Counted from the whole stretch's first letter, positions 12,470 to 25,739 are shown. The stretch is DNA of 61,951 bases, filler included, from Basidiobolus ranarum (GCA_040143965.1; 10 parts of 10 records of this genome joined end to end with filler, not necessarily neighbours in it); one strand, 5' to 3'. Numbers and translations: made by a program. Notes: generated by a model from the sequence alone, not told the origin.

Positions 12470-13270
12470 ATGTCAACTTGTTCTACCAGCCACAAAGAAG
12501 AGCATTCGATCATTACTGCAGACGGACTTACTTTGGGTGCTACATTAACGCATAAAAAAACTGAAGAAGTGATAATCATATGCCATGGAATGCTAGATAC
12601 ACGTCGTTCAAATGCAGTGAATAGTCTAACCAATTTACTACCATATTCATCACTTGCTTTCGATTTTCGTGGAAATGGAGATAGTGAAGGTCGAACTAGA
12701 TATGGAAATTATTACGAAGAAGTAGAAGACCTAAGAGCAGTTATCGAATATGCAAGAAACGTACTCAAATTCACTGTAAACTGTATAATTGGCCATTCTA
12801 AAGGTGGTTCAGTAGTTTTACTTTACGGGTCTAAATATAACGACATCCCCTTGATAGTTAATATTAGTGCACGTTACTTCCTTGACCATACTCCTATTCG
12901 TCGTTTTGGTTCGGAGAATCTTTCCTTACTAGAAAAGCAAGGTTGGTTTGTATGGAAAAAGTACGGTCTTGAAATGGAAAGAGAGTACATCATATCAAAC
13001 GAAGATCTTCAGGAAAGATTTACTACTGATATGAGTAAGGCAAAACCCTCACCTAAATCCAAAATCAGATATCTAACTATTCACGGTGATTCTGATAAAG
13101 TAGTCCCGGTTGATGATGCGTTAGAATATCATAAACTTCTTGGTCCTGAACCTCGCCATGAGCTAATAATCCAGAAAGGTGCCACTCATTTCTTTAACTC
13201 GGAGACCGAGCAGAGAGAGCTATCAAGCACCATTATTCATTGGATTACACGAGTGCATCCACATCTGTAA
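12470..13270 (+). CDS. Alpha/beta hydrolase (serine esterase/aminopeptidase-like), intronless
   Basis: ICHG, FDFRGNGDSEG, nucleophile elbow GHSKGG, HGDSDKVVP, GATHFF (Ser-Asp-His triad). Confidence 0.92.
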   Translation: MSTCSTSHKEEHSIITADGLTLGATLTHKKTEEVIIICHGMLDTRRSNAVNSLTNLLPYSSLAFDFRGNGDSEGRTRYGNYYEEVEDLRAVIEYARNVLKFTVNCIIGHSKGGSVVLLYGSKYNDIPLIVNISARYFLDHTPIRRFGSENLSLLEKQGWFVWKKYGLEMEREYIISNEDLQERFTTDMSKAKPSPKSKIRYLTIHGDSDKVVPVDDALEYHKLLGPEPRHELIIQKGATHFFNSETEQRELSSTIIHWITRVHPHL

Positions 13271-13619
13271 TGGTAATTTTTACATCATGCCTTTCATCTC
13301 AAGTAAATAGTCAATCAGCATTCAACGCATGGATAGAGATTTCTAGAGAATACACTGACTATACGTAGGAGCATTAATAGGTACCACTTGAATTTTTATT
13401 AAAACAAACTATATACCAGTCGAACACGGGAAAGCAATTTAACTCTAAGGTTATAGCTAAAATATAGAAAAGATACTCGGTAGATTCTCTTCTTTTACGG
13501 TAAACAAACAAGGTCAAAGGATAATCATGGGTGGATGGTGACAATATTGGAGTGGAGACTAAATTACATTAGCACTAACGGTTGATTCACAGTACAGTCT
13601 CATTATATATCATCTAAAG

Positions 13620-14672
13620 TCAGCTTTTCTTCAATCGCTCTTCAAGGTCTATTTTTGCAAGGGTCTTGGCAGCACCTTCAAATTGAATACAATTAATGAT
13701 TTGTTTAATTGCACAAATAGGGAAGGTCAAGAGAGCGAGGATATGAATCAAGCAAATGGAGTATCCAGCGATACTTAAGACTGATGAAGGAGAATGAGAA
13801 AATGTTAATTGTAGTTCACGAATCAATATCACAAGGTTCTGGTTTTCTTACCTTCCGGTCCGGTGTTAAAGGCCAAGATGTAGAGCAGAATGAAAAATAA
13901 TTCATTACCAGCGCAGATTAGGAAGAGGACGTTCTGTTAAAAGAATAGGCAAACATTGAGATATTTGACATGTTCATAAAGTATATAACCTGAACGTACA
14001 TTATTGGAATAATAGGCTCTAAGAATGAAGTTCTGCTTCTTGGAAATAACTTTGTGTGACGAAACACCTGAGGAGAGAGAACTAAGCAATTATCAGCGTT
14101 GATTTCTTGATTGCCAAAGATAAAAAAGTAACTACCTATACATATGCAAGTAGTGACTACTAAGGTCCAAAGAAATAAGGAACTGGAACAAAAGGGACCA
14201 GGAGGTATAAACTTGAGCCAAATAACACATCAGACAAGTGGTGGTGCATCTATTTTAAAAGTTAAAATGCTGGGCTAGCAAGAAAAAGAATTCTAACCCA
14301 TACCTGTCAGTGACCATGTCGAGTACAGCACCAAACTTACTACCTATACACAGTCGAATGGACAAGATCGAACATTTAATCAGTAAACTGAACCTTAACG
14401 TATGGGTATGGAAATTAAGCTACATTGATTGAAATATCTAGCAGCATGACCATCAACAGCGTCGAGTAAGCAGGAAATAGAGTATAAAGCGACACAGAGA
14501 ATGGGAGCTTCTGGCATGTAGTAAAGAGCTATCGCAGCTAGGATGACACGCGAGTACCCTAGATGGTGAAAAAATAATGAGATGGGTTTTGGTCATTGGA
14601 TTCAGTCGCAAGGTTATATCTACCAATGATATTGGGTACGAACAAGAAAATATTCTCTTGTTTGATGGACAT
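13620..14672 (-). CDS. PIS1: Phosphatidylinositol synthase (CDP-alcohol phosphotransferase), multi-exon
   Basis: ENIFLFVPNIIGYSRV, LLDAVDGHAAR, KFGAVLDMVTDRCTT, DLSSHYLH, CAGNELFF, KQIIN..Q. Confidence 0.95.
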
Positions 14673-15477
14673 CTCGCTGGAGGAGTTATACAGAAGACGT
14701 GTATAATTAGAACAGGGCAATAAAATACAAAAATTAGTGTCGGTAGATTCCAAATGTAGATCTAAGGCTTATTATTGTAGTAATGGCGAATTTGAACTTA
14801 TAGTATAACCAATCATTGGCGATATTTCATATACCGAGAGAGGTGTATATATGAAATTGTACCGAAAATCACGAAGCTGTTTAATGTCATCGACTTGACT
14901 TTATTACGACTCAGATTCTTTGAATCCCTAGAGGTTTATTCTGAGATGGGTTTCTAGTGGGATACGCTCAGTAGCAATTTTATTCGAAACCTCATCGACT
15001 TACATGTATAATGTATCTTCAATCCTATCAGAGCTAGGTTGTGTCTGACCGGTAATTGCTTTCTACAAATAAACTGTCTTTTTGTAGTTGAGTAGCGGTA
15101 GCTCAACTGCGATCATTAGCATCGAGGAAGGGCATAAATCACTCGCAAGGGATCTGTTAGATCCGACTCAGGTTCCTACTTAGACAAATGGCATATATAC
15201 ATGGTACATATACTGAAACTTGTTTGTCCCTCATTTCAGCTTGGATATATTGTATGGATCTAGTCAGAAATAAAGAACCTATAATGTCGCACACTCCAAA
15301 TGAAACAAATTACAGGCATTAGTTCAGAATCATCCTTGACTGTTATTTATTGTGGCACTATATCCACAGAGTATTTATCGGAATAGGGCTTGCTGGTTTC
15401 CTGAACAAATTAGCTACTAAGCTATACAACTAGATGACATAATTACAAATGAAAGCAAGGCAGTTGTTATATAGAAG

Positions 15478-17115
15478 TTAAAGTCTAGATCTATTGCTAG
15501 GCAAGGTAGTTATCTCATCATAAATCAAGGTAGTCAAGAAGTCTGCATAATCTGCATCCTTCCCTGTCACCTGTCCTGCCATATACTTCTTCGCAAGATC
15601 GAATTTGAAGCTACCGTATTTGTTGCCAAGTTGCTTCTTCAACGAGTCGGTTTCTTCGTCCAACAGCTGTAAAAGCCATTGCTGACTGACTTGCTTGCCT
15701 TCCGCAGTCTTCACTGAGTGCTTCGCCCATTGCCACAGCTGCGAACGAGATATCTCAGCGGTGGCCGCATCTTCCATCAGATTGTGAATTGGGACACAGC
15801 CAAGTCCACGAAGCCAAGCCTCCGTGTAAGCTAGACCCACGGAAATATTGCTACGAATGCCATTTTCTGTGACCTTACCACCCTCAATGTTGTTGTTGAG
15901 CAAGTCTGCTGCTGTCACTTGAACCTCATCCCGACGAAGATGGAGCTGATTAGGTGTGGCCATGTGCTCATTGAAGATACCAAGGGCAATCTTGACAAGG
16001 TCTGGATGGGCCACCCACGTGCCGTCATGGCCGGCCTTCACCTCACGAAGCTTGTCATTGCGAACCTTCTGCATGGCTGCCTCATTCGCTTGCGGATTGT
16101 TCTTGATCGGGATATTTGCTGCCATTCCACCCATAGCATGAACTCCACGCTTGTGGCAGGTCTTGATCAACAGACGTACATACGCATCCATGAATGGTGA
16201 GGTCATGGTGACGTCTGAACGATCAGGAAGAACAAACTTCTTATGCTGGCGGAATTTCTTGATGAAGGAGAAGATGTAGTCCCAACGGCCACAGTTGAGT
16301 CCAGAGGAGTGATCCCGGAGTTCGTAGATGATCTCGTCCATCTCGAAAGACGCTAGGATGGTTTCGATGAGCACTGTGCCTCGGATGGTACCACGTGGAA
16401 CGGAAAGCATATCTTGTGCTGCATTGAATACGTCATTCCAGAGTCGTGCCTCAAGATGAGACTCCATCTTGGGTAGATAGAAGTATGGTCCAGATCCAAT
16501 CTCAAGTGATCGGCGAACGTTGTGGAAGAAATATAAACCAAAGTCAAATATCGAAGCTGAGCATGGCTGACCATCGATCAACAGATGCTTCTCCTCCATA
16601 TGCCAGCCACGAGGGCGGACAAGCAAGGTGGCAATCTTGCCATCATCTCTAAGCTTGTAGTACTTTCCGTTGGGTGCAGTGAAAGTGATGGTACGACGAA
16701 GTGCATCCCTCATGTTGACCTGACCATCAAGAAGAGTATCCCAGGTTGGTGCAGAAGAGTCTTCGAAATCGGCCATGAAAGTCTTGGCCCCAGAGTTCAA
16801 TGCATTAATCACCATCTTTCTGTCCACAGGACCTGTGATTTCCACACGGCGATCTTCGAGGCCTGGGGCGGGGCGGGCAGCCCTCCAAGTGAGGTCATTA
16901 CGAATGTAGGCAGTCTCAGGAAGGAAGTCAGGGAGGACCCCGTTGTCGAGTTCCTTTTGACGTTCGTCGCGACGCTTGAGGAGAGCGATACGAGTTGAGT
17001 TGAAGGTGCGATGAAGAGTGGCGACAAATCGAAGGGCATCGTCTGTGAGGATTTCAGCCTGTGCAGGCTTAACCTTTGTGAGAACTGAAATACCAGAAAC
17101 AGAAGTTTTGAACAT
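15478..17115 (-). CDS. MLS1: Malate synthase (glyoxylate cycle), peroxisomal
   Basis: [53 protein letters not shown]-terminal PTS1 SRL. Start placed at the first in-frame ATG (17115); the ORF track start is a GTG. Confidence 0.97.
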   Translation of the reverse strand: MFKTSVSGISVLTKVKPAQAEILTDDALRFVATLHRTFNSTRIALLKRRDERQKELDNGVLPDFLPETAYIRNDLTWRAARPAPGLEDRRVEITGPVDRKMVINALNSGAKTFMADFEDSSAPTWDTLLDGQVNMRDALRRTITFTAPNGKYYKLRDDGKIATLLVRPRGWHMEEKHLLIDGQPCSASIFDFGLYFFHNVRRSLEIGSGPYFYLPKMESHLEARLWNDVFNAAQDMLSVPRGTIRGTVLIETILASFEMDEIIYELRDHSSGLNCGRWDYIFSFIKKFRQHKKFVLPDRSDVTMTSPFMDAYVRLLIKTCHKRGVHAMGGMAANIPIKNNPQANEAAMQKVRNDKLREVKAGHDGTWVAHPDLVKIALGIFNEHMATPNQLHLRRDEVQVTAADLLNNNIEGGKVTENGIRSNISVGLAYTEAWLRGLGCVPIHNLMEDAATAEISRSQLWQWAKHSVKTAEGKQVSQQWLLQLLDEETDSLKKQLGNKYGSFKFDLAKKYMAGQVTGKDADYADFLTTLIYDEITTLPSNRSRL

Positions 17116-18657
17116 TTTCTTCACTACTTGCTACGTATAGATACCTACTACAGATGCCATTCGTTTTATAGTAAAAATTTAATATCAGGGGCTATCAAGT
17201 TTGTGGGCAGCGTCATCTGTATCAGTGTTTGCATTAGAGGAAGCTGTATGAAATGTCTCGGCAATCTCAGGTGTTACAAAATCACTACCTACTGACGAAT
17301 TATCCTAAGATTATCTATGCTCACAATTAGTTATGTCGACTATTTACTCAGCACTTTATTTTGTGTTGCACAACACTTAATTTGAATTACGAATCTGAGG
17401 GATTTTCTTTTATACCCCGAGTTTACTGCACTTTCGGACTTTAACCTAGTTAGTAACATTCACACGATAAAAAACCTTCGATTCAACAGCCACTGTCGAA
17501 GAACCTGTTCAAAGCCATAGTTGCAAACTAGTACTTCCAAACCTACCAATTTTCATTGGCTCAGTAATATTTACTAGTTCTGGACTGGAATTTTCAGTAT
17601 AAATGCAGATTATCTCACGTAGATCAAATTGCATACTGAAATATTTAGAATAGATCTTACCTTTGCGACGTAATTCGCTAGAGAATGTCTAGAAAGGATC
17701 CACAAGAAGATAGATTTCCACCAACACCGGTTATTATATAAGGCTGCTTCGTTGACTTGTCATTTTTTGCAACGATGTGCAGATCCATTAGATACTTGTT
17801 AGTTAGATTGTTACCCAAGGACACGAATGGCCTTTGTCGAGGTTTGCAGGTAAATCACTGAATTTCTTGGACTACCCAGTATATGTCCAACGAATGATTT
17901 GTAGATATCATTGGATTCCATGCCTGTCTTCAAGAGGGAAAGGCAAGTATCGAGAAGCCACAGGATTTCTTTTGGTGACTGATCTCATCAATTTTGATTA
18001 AATAAGGTATGGATGGGATCATGAGTGTCTTCACAATGGAAACATTCCTTCTATCTGGTAAGTTAAAGGATTTTCCATTGAATACTTGGATTCTGAAACC
18101 CTTATACTATACTGTTGCAAAGGCGAACATTAGTAAGCATGTATGAAATGACCATCAATGACAGAGGAGATACACGCCATCAGGATAGCAGCTAGCTAAC
18201 GAACAGGCGTTCATCCATCCAAATTCACATTTGTCCCGGGGAATGGGAGGAGCGTAAACCATTTGTTTACCTAGGTTGATTTGATTGTGCTAAACAGAGT
18301 CAAAGCTAATATTCTATATGTTGAACATTACAAAAGTAACAACGAGGCTAGGCCTAAGCGCACAACACCATTCACAACTCATGATGCCATTCTCCTGAAG
18401 ATCCACAAGATTTCCTTGACACTTGATTCATTCAATAGCTGATACAGAAACCAAAGCTTGCTGGTCAGATCTGGATGACAGCTATCCTGATCCAGAGAAT
18501 CTTTTTTCAACGCTGCAAAACTGATGAATCGGGGGTATGGTTAATATGCCAACTTTTNNNNNNNNNNNNNNNNNNNNNNNNNNNNNNNNNNNNNNNNNNN
18601 NTTAATTAATTAANNNNNNNNNNNNNNNNNNNNNNNNNNNNNNNNNNNNNNNNNNNN

Positions 18658-18840
18658 CCTCGTGGTGCCGCTGCTGCCGAAGTTCTCTGGTCCGATATCA
18701 AACTCGCAGATGGCACTATTCGTAAGACTGGTGATGTGTTCCCTCGTATTCACGAGCAAAGAGCACGTTTGGTTGATCGTGGCATCGGAGCGGATCCTAT
18801 GCAACCATTGTGGTGTGCTCGCAATCCTCGCAATTGCTGA
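18658..18840 (+). CDS. C-terminus of a GH20 beta-N-acetylhexosaminidase (5'-truncated; missed by the ORF track)
   Basis: Frame from 18658 reads PRGAAAAEVLWS...PRIHEQRARLVDRGIGADPMQPLWCARNPRNC*, the typical GH20 tail. Confidence 0.88.
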   Translation, partial: PRGAAAAEVLWSDIKLADGTIRKTGDVFPRIHEQRARLVDRGIGADPMQPLWCARNPRNC

Positions 18841-19594
18841 AGTTCCTCATTTTTAAATTAATTGGGCGATTATTCAAGTAATCAAGTAGTGATTATTCAT
18901 CAATATTTTCGTTAAACAAGCGATTTTTGTTTCTTTTCCAAGATAATAAAGCTCTTAACATGCATATATTTAAGTTTCAATGCGACGATCATGTGATATA
19001 GTTGTTGGTCATACGTGTAATGAAGATAGGTTATGTTGTTATTTAACTACCACATCAAATTTGTATTGAGTATCAATGAAATGAACTGACAACTGTCCAA
19101 TAGTCAATTACGACCAATCAACAGCCATGTGATATAGTCACAATTCATTCATCAGTGAATTTCATTGGCAACTATTTGTCGCTTGGATTGGATTCACTCA
19201 CTCCGTAAATAACCCACGCATGTGGTGGAATATCTCAGTGGACTAATGATCTAATGTAACGGCAAGAAAAAGAGCTTGTGTGATATTTTGTCGTTACAAG
19301 TTGTGTGGCTCAAAAGAGCTCTCTGCTATGCGAATTCCCCTGTGCATGGATTGATTCCAGCCAGTCAGGCTGAGAAACTAGGATATTGGTGGGAAATAAT
19401 TAATCTTGACTTTCGGCAAATTACCCTCTGTATGAGAATTAGAAGAATACTTCACACGCAGATGATTTAATTTAAGCACCTTGTTCAAATGACCCCTACA
19501 ATGACAATATAAGAAGCTTAGCTTCCCCAGATTTCCTTTCACAATTACCTCCTTTAATCTTAACTGGCCTTGGCTTGTAATCACCTTCACAAAC

Positions 19595-20830
19595 ATGAAT
19601 ACCTCGTCTGCTACTATGGATGGTCCCAGAAATATCTTCCAGCGTAATGAAACATTAACTCGCTTTGCGTTTGGTGGTCTGTCATGTATGACAGCTGCCA
19701 TAGTAACTAACCCTGTTGATGTTATGAAGGTGCGATTACAACTAGTTGGTGAGCGTATTCACAATCCAACGTCCAATTCAGTCGCCTTGAACCACTCCCC
19801 CTCACATAATTTTTCACCACCAATGGCCCGATCAAATATGACTATTTCTGTAAACGGAACAGTACCTGCAATTCCTTCGAACTTGAAGACTTCTGGAATC
19901 GGTCCCCTCAATAGTCTAAACAGAGCTCGACTATTGTTGATCCAGGAAGCAGGCAATGGATACGGATTTTTATACAAGGGGATCGTGCCTTCTCTTATGC
20001 GCGAAGGGACTTACTCTACCATAAGGTAGATCATATGTTCTTGTCCATGTCTAATTCTTCTATTCTAACTTATCATATTCAGAGTTGGGCTCTATGAGAC
20101 ATTTAAAAATTTACTAGTCACTCCTGAATCTCAAGATAAGCCTCTTCCGTTGTGGAAAAAAATTCTAGCTGCAGGTTCTGCCGGTGCAATTGGATCAGCC
20201 ATTGCTAATCCAACAGATCTAGTGAAAGGTATAATCTGAATACAAGTAAATAATCATTGTTCTTGTCTAACTGATTTCCTAGTGAGAATGCAGGCGAAGT
20301 CGGATGTAGTGGTATACAGGTCTACTCTAGAAGCCTTTGTTCGGATTTATCGCGAGGAAGGTGGAATCAGAGGGTTATATCGAGGAGTTAGTCCTACTAC
20401 TCAGCGTGCCATGCTTCTGACTTCTTCTCAACTACCAAGCTACGATCAATCTAAGCAAATATTGTTGGGCTTTGGTTACAGAGGAGATTCAGTCTACACC
20501 CATTTCTTAGCTTCTTTTATGGCTGGTAAATACTCCATTGACGTGAGTTGTACAAATATTTCCTGAACTAACTGTAAATGTTTGTTAGGTTTTGTGTGTG
20601 CTGTTACGACCTCACCCATCGACTTAGTCAAGTCCAGGTTGATGCTTCAAAAAGATAAGAACAAATATCGCGGAGTGTTAGATTGCATGGTTAAAACTAT
20701 CAGATATGAAGGCTTCCTTGGGTTGTATCGAGGTTTTTTGATGAATTGGCTCCGAATGGGCCCACATACTATAGTTACATTTTTGATCTTTGAGAAGCTT
20801 CGTAACCTTGTTGGCATCAAGCCATTGTAA
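19595..20830 (+). CDS. Mitochondrial carrier, UCP/dicarboxylate-carrier clade, 4 exons
   Basis: Three PxDxxKxR repeats (PVDVMKVRLQ, PTDLVKVRMQ, PIDLVKSRLM), REGTYSTIR, QRAMLL.SSQLPSYD, WLRMGPHT. Confidence 0.93.
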
Positions 20831-21727
20831 AATGAGGTTGGCTTGCGATATTGAGAATCCCACAATCATTGTTACCTGATCCACCCACTACTCACCATTC
20901 ATTATCACTCATTACCCACTTGAAGTAATATATGTACATACAATGAAGCAGAATTCAACATCAACTTAAGCAAGGATTTATGGGTGGATTTATAGGTAGA
21001 TCCATCCGTTTTTTTTCAAAAAGATGCAACCTGCACTAGTAAATTACAAAGAAGTGAGACAAGAAACAAACACATGGTTATGCGTTAATAGGACAATGTG
21101 GATGATCCATAAGAAATGTATATGAACATGTTGAATCAAGATTGAGGAGGCAATATGATCCATGTCCAATAGTGACTGTTTAAAAATCACTTCCTTTTTC
21201 TCCGATTCAAAAGGTAAAATGCCAACAGTCACATTGATCTGTCGATTATTTAGGCGACCTTTTAAGGTGACCGGTAGATGGATTGTTTGAAATGTGCAGG
21301 TGACATCTCTATTGGTAGCCCCTGGAGTATATTAATGTTATCTCCGAATGTATTGCCGTTTGAGGACATCCCTCTCGGAGGAAATGCTGGCGCTCATTTA
21401 AAAGTGGTTCGTATTCTATTGAACCATCATACTATTTTTGTATTTCCCTTTGTATTTTCCTCCTTTTGTCCATAGTCTGCCTTTTCTACCTAAAATTTTG
21501 CACATATTTTTTTACTCGTTTTTTAGTAACCCCTTAAAGTAATCCTCTCTAACCAGCTCAAGCAAATGTAAGTAACCTCTTCCTTCATCGTATTGAGTTT
21601 GTGTTGAGTTCATGTTATTTAATCGCTATCTCTGCACTAGATTGGAATCTGAACGTTAATACAGAGTCGATTCATTTAGTACATTTTTAAACCCTCGTGC
21701 CCCTCCTTGCATTTCAACCCGACAAAC

Positions 21728-23170
21728 ATGAATGAGACCAGACTCGCTCGAATGCCTTCCTTTGAGCTTTTCGCTGTTAGTCAGGAAATGGAAAAGATTC
21801 AGAATGAAAATATGAGAGTGAGTGTCACCAACAAACCCCTGAATTGAAACCATTTCGTAATTATCAAAGTAACTGACTTATTCTATTCTCACCGTTTAGT
21901 TGCTCACTCAACTCCAAGAGTTTACTGATACAAATAATGCCTTGTTAGAAGAGAATGCTTTTTGTAAAAAGAAATATTCAGCCATCCAACAAGATGTTCA
22001 AACAGCTCGCAATATGTATACAAGATTAGAAACTCAATTGTTCATAAGTGATGGTCAATTGGAAGATTTACGTAAGGAAAATATCACTCTGGTACGTCGC
22101 TCTAAAGAGATAGAGAAAAAACTAGAAATGGAGACAAAAGAGATGGAACGTGAGAGACTTCTAACGTCAGAAAAACTAACTTCACTTCAAACGCAACTAC
22201 GAAGATTGAAGATCCGCTCAGCTCCACCACCAGCTAGAAATATCACTCCCACTAGTGATACATCAAGTACTCCTGCTAATGAGTTTAAGGACATGTTCAG
22301 AGAAAATAGTATTCTAAACAAGACAGTCAAGAGCCAGGACAAGTTGATTTTGGAGTTACGAGAGGAATTAGAAAAGTGCAAACAGGCTACTCAATCCTCA
22401 GTTTCTCGCTGCCAAGAGTATTCCTTACGGATTGCCTCATTGGAAAATGAGAAGCAACAGATCAAAAGAGTCAACCTAACTCTCATGGAAGAGAACGAGT
22501 CCTATCAAGTATTACTCCACGAGAAAACAATGAGCGGTAGTTTCATGCTGAACCCAATCTTACAGGTAACTTCTTGTGTGAAAAAATCTTGTTTGGAATC
22601 TTTTTGATGAGTAAATTGGTCAATTTTTAGAATCGTATTGGATCCATTGATGAAGAGGAAGAGGGTTTGGGCTCCTTGGCTAAGGAAATCCTTTCCGCAC
22701 CCACTTCCCCTACAACTGCCGATTTTGACACCACTTATACAATTGAGAAGCTTAGGGATGATATAGGGACCTTTAGGGATGAAAATCGTACATTAAAAGA
22801 TGAAAATAAGGCCCTAGCTCTCTATATCAATAAAATACTAACTCGAATTCTGGAGTGTGGTCAAATGGAGATAGTATTAAGCTCTGACTATAAAGCACCC
22901 AGCCCAAAGGTTGAAAGTGAAAAGGAACTTTTAGAAGCCACTGCTGACAAGAATCGAGTCTCTTTTGAGGTAAAGGAAGAAGTTACAGAAAAAAGTGTTA
23001 ATAAGGGAGGAAGATCTAGACGCTCTCATTCTATGAGTAATCAAAATACCCCGTCTCCCGGTGGTGTGACTGGTGGTTTCCGTGCTGCCTGGAAGCGAAT
23101 GAGTGTTAGTGGATGGAAGACAGGCTCGTTAAGCACCATTAACACTAGCGAAGACGTCGAAAATAGTTAG
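21728..23170 (+). CDS. Conserved fungal long coiled-coil protein, 3 coding exons
   Basis: Exons 21728-21817, 21900-22565, 22631-23170. Heptad-rich, with LMEENESYQVLL.EKT and LKDENKALALYINKILTRIL. Probable 5'-UTR intron at 21568-21640. Confidence 0.8.
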
Positions 23171-23470
23171 GGCGTTCTTATTTTTCCACCACTCAATTTA
23201 CATATCTTCTTTTCGTTTTTTCTTCTGTTTTAGATTTGGTTTCCCTATGTTTAGTTGTTCATTGCCACTTGTGCTTACTCATCTTAATAGAATCTTAAGT
23301 ATCTGATATACCTAGGAGTACATATCACAAAAAGAAAAGCAATAAAATCCTAATAAAACGAATGTCAATCAATTTATCAACTCCGTTTATACCTAACAAA
23401 ACAAGTCGTTGATTATTAAGAGAACCATAATATCATTAGCGATTGATATTACAGATACAAAAAGAAAAAT

Positions 23471-23543
23471 CGAGGCACACGGGACTCGAACCCGCAATCC
23501 CCAGATCCGAAGTCTGATGCCTTATCCATTAGGCCAATGCCCC
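23471..23543 (-). tRNA. tRNA-Arg (anticodon TCG), intronless
   Basis: GGGGCAT-TG-GCCT.AATGGATA.AGGC-A-TCAGA.CTTCGGA.TCTGG-GGATT-GCGGG.TTCGAGT.CCCGT-GTGCCTC-G folds as a cloverleaf and is followed by a T-run Pol III terminator. Confidence 0.96.
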
Positions 23544-24009
23544 TTTCATATTTAATAATTTTTGAGTATCGTAACGATATAAAAGTTGTGTAAGTATTCT
23601 AAAAACATCCTGGATTTATTTAGTAATTGTGTAGATAGATATTCCAATTTGTTGGTGAGTGATTTAATTTTTGCTTAGCCTACTTAATTCCGTAATAACA
23701 TCGCACATTATATTCATCAAATTTGTAACTTTGCTCATGTGAATAGCATTTTAGTTTGTTCCTCGATGTTAGCAAGGATTATGTGTTTGTGAGGAGCAGA
23801 GAATAGTCAGTGAGTATATTAATTCTTGAACTACGTTGTAGGAGTGGATTGTTTCGTATTTTGCTATCTTTTTGATAAGAATCGATGTCCTATGATACAG
23901 ATAGTTACACACCTGAGTATCTCACTTAGGACAAGGTTAGACAACACTAAAAACCCACCCCTTCTGGGTATTTACCGACTAATAAATGTTTCTTGTTTGC
24001 TTAGATAAG

Positions 24010-24466
24010 GAAGCCTCTTGTGAGGCCAAAGAAAAATTGACGAACTCCATTGAATGCTCCCCCTCCACGGAAATCTTTAGTAAAAGGCGAAAGATTTATC
24101 CGACTAAATGAAGAGGAAGCTGGAGTGATAAGCGATTCCAAGGAAAACTTGAACTATCTTATAGCAGGCAATTGTGGATTCAATTTATGGGAACTCCTCT
24201 AATCTAACAGTCTAGAAATTTATTCCAATCAAGACTTCCAATAGGGCAATCAATTAATTTTCTTTAACTGATCGCGTATTAATCCCACAATCTGATGTGT
24301 CATTGTTGAATATATATAAGTATGACACATAAGGCAGGCAGAATTCATCACTCCAGCTTCCTCTTCATTTAGTCGGATAAATCTTTCGCCTTTTACTAAA
24401 GATTTCCGTGGAGGGGGAGCATTCAATGGAGTTCGTTAATTTTTCTTCGGTCTCACAAGAGACTTC
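24010..24466. repeat. Long inverted repeat: ~120-bp arms with a 90-bp perfect core and a 217-bp loop
   Basis: 24040-24129 is the exact reverse complement of 24347-24436. The outer ~30 bp carry a few transitions. Confidence 0.95.
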
Positions 24467-24867
24467 TCTATCCCGAACAAATCAAAAACAAACGTCAATT
24501 AATGACGGGTTGTTTATCTAGTATGTTTTCTCTTACATTGATGTCGTGATTAAACGCTTGTAATATACGAAGTTAATCTTTGGACGTTATCATCAATTAT
24601 ACCAGAAAAGAACCCGAGGGAGATAGTGTTTAAAAGGTTAGAACGTATAGCTATCCTGTAAGTGGTATAGTGAATCACTTCAAAAGCCAAACTTCGTTAC
24701 ATATATCAATGCGTAGGATAATGCGACAAATAGCTTTAAGGAGCTTCAAATATTTCGAATAGACAGANNNNNNNNNNNNNNNNNNNNNNNNNNNNNNNNN
24801 NNNNNNNNNNNTTAATTAATTAANNNNNNNNNNNNNNNNNNNNNNNNNNNNNNNNNNNNNNNNNNNN

Positions 24868-25197
24868 AGTACTTTAGAATATGAGAAAAAATTGAAGAAG
24901 GTGGCCACCCGTGGTGGTAAGTTAAAGCTATGGTGTTTGTCTGGTCATGAAGGCAGTTCTAATATTTCTGATTATTCCAGTTGTGAAGCTATTCAACGCT
25001 ATCAAAGCACAGCAGAGAGAGGCTGATGTAGCTCCGGTAACAAAATCCAAAGTGGGCAAAGATCAAGGTAAGCTATTTATTCTCAATCTATTTCTTACTA
25101 GACGTTAGCTAACCAGTAACGAATAATGTAATCTTTAGTGTCGAACATGTCAAAGGCCAAGTTTTTGGATGTTTTGAAAGGCGGCAAGGCTGTCTAA
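24868..25197 (+). CDS. RRP15: Rrp15 ribosome biogenesis factor, 3' end (5'-truncated)
   Basis: Spliced EYEKKLKKVATRG|VVKLFNAI...MSKAKFLDVLK. Confidence 0.88.
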
Positions 25198-25739
25198 TTA
25201 AATAGCTTTAATGACCCAACAATCTCACTAAGCTATTCAAGTTACATTTAGGCCATCTATTCACTTATCCTTTGAATATGTAATCTTAACATTTAGTCCC
25301 ATTTTTCTGTTCTTTATTTTACTACATCTATACGACCATCGCTTCCGCAAGTCAATGTACGAATATCTTTTCGAGTTGTCTACTTTTTTCCGTTTCGTTT
25401 TTTAATATAGAAGTGAGCTCTTCAGCAGTAAGAGTTTTCCCACCTTTTGCAATGATTAACTTATAAAGTGGTTTTATTTCACTGTAACATTCATTTGGAT
25501 CGTTTTGGTGTGGTACTTATATGAGGGTACAGTATATATCACTCAAGTTCAACACGGTCTTTCATTTCACATTGTACATTTCTATGACTTGATTCAACTA
25601 AATTCACCGAGATGTTAACTCCGATTTTTTGGGTATGGTATGGAAAGCTTAGAGAGGGAAGATGCTACTTCTGGAAAGGAAAGAGTGTGATGAGATTCGC
25701 TTATTAAAGAAGTGAGAGAGATAAAAGTCTAGCAGTCTT

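Noticed and set aside
15919-17039. Overlapping and antisense ORFs within malate synthase (likewise within IDH, RAD51 and the coiled-coil genes)
   Set aside because: Shadow ORFs produced by codon bias.
15478-17115. Intronless, higher-GC malate synthase as a horizontal transfer
   Set aside because: It has a PTS1 and a fungal-type sequence; the GC is explained by C-ending codons of a highly expressed gene.
17700-18557. Exon/intron-like minus-strand sequence at the end of contig 3
   Set aside because: Stops in every frame and no recognisable family; possibly a relic, but I cannot support a call.
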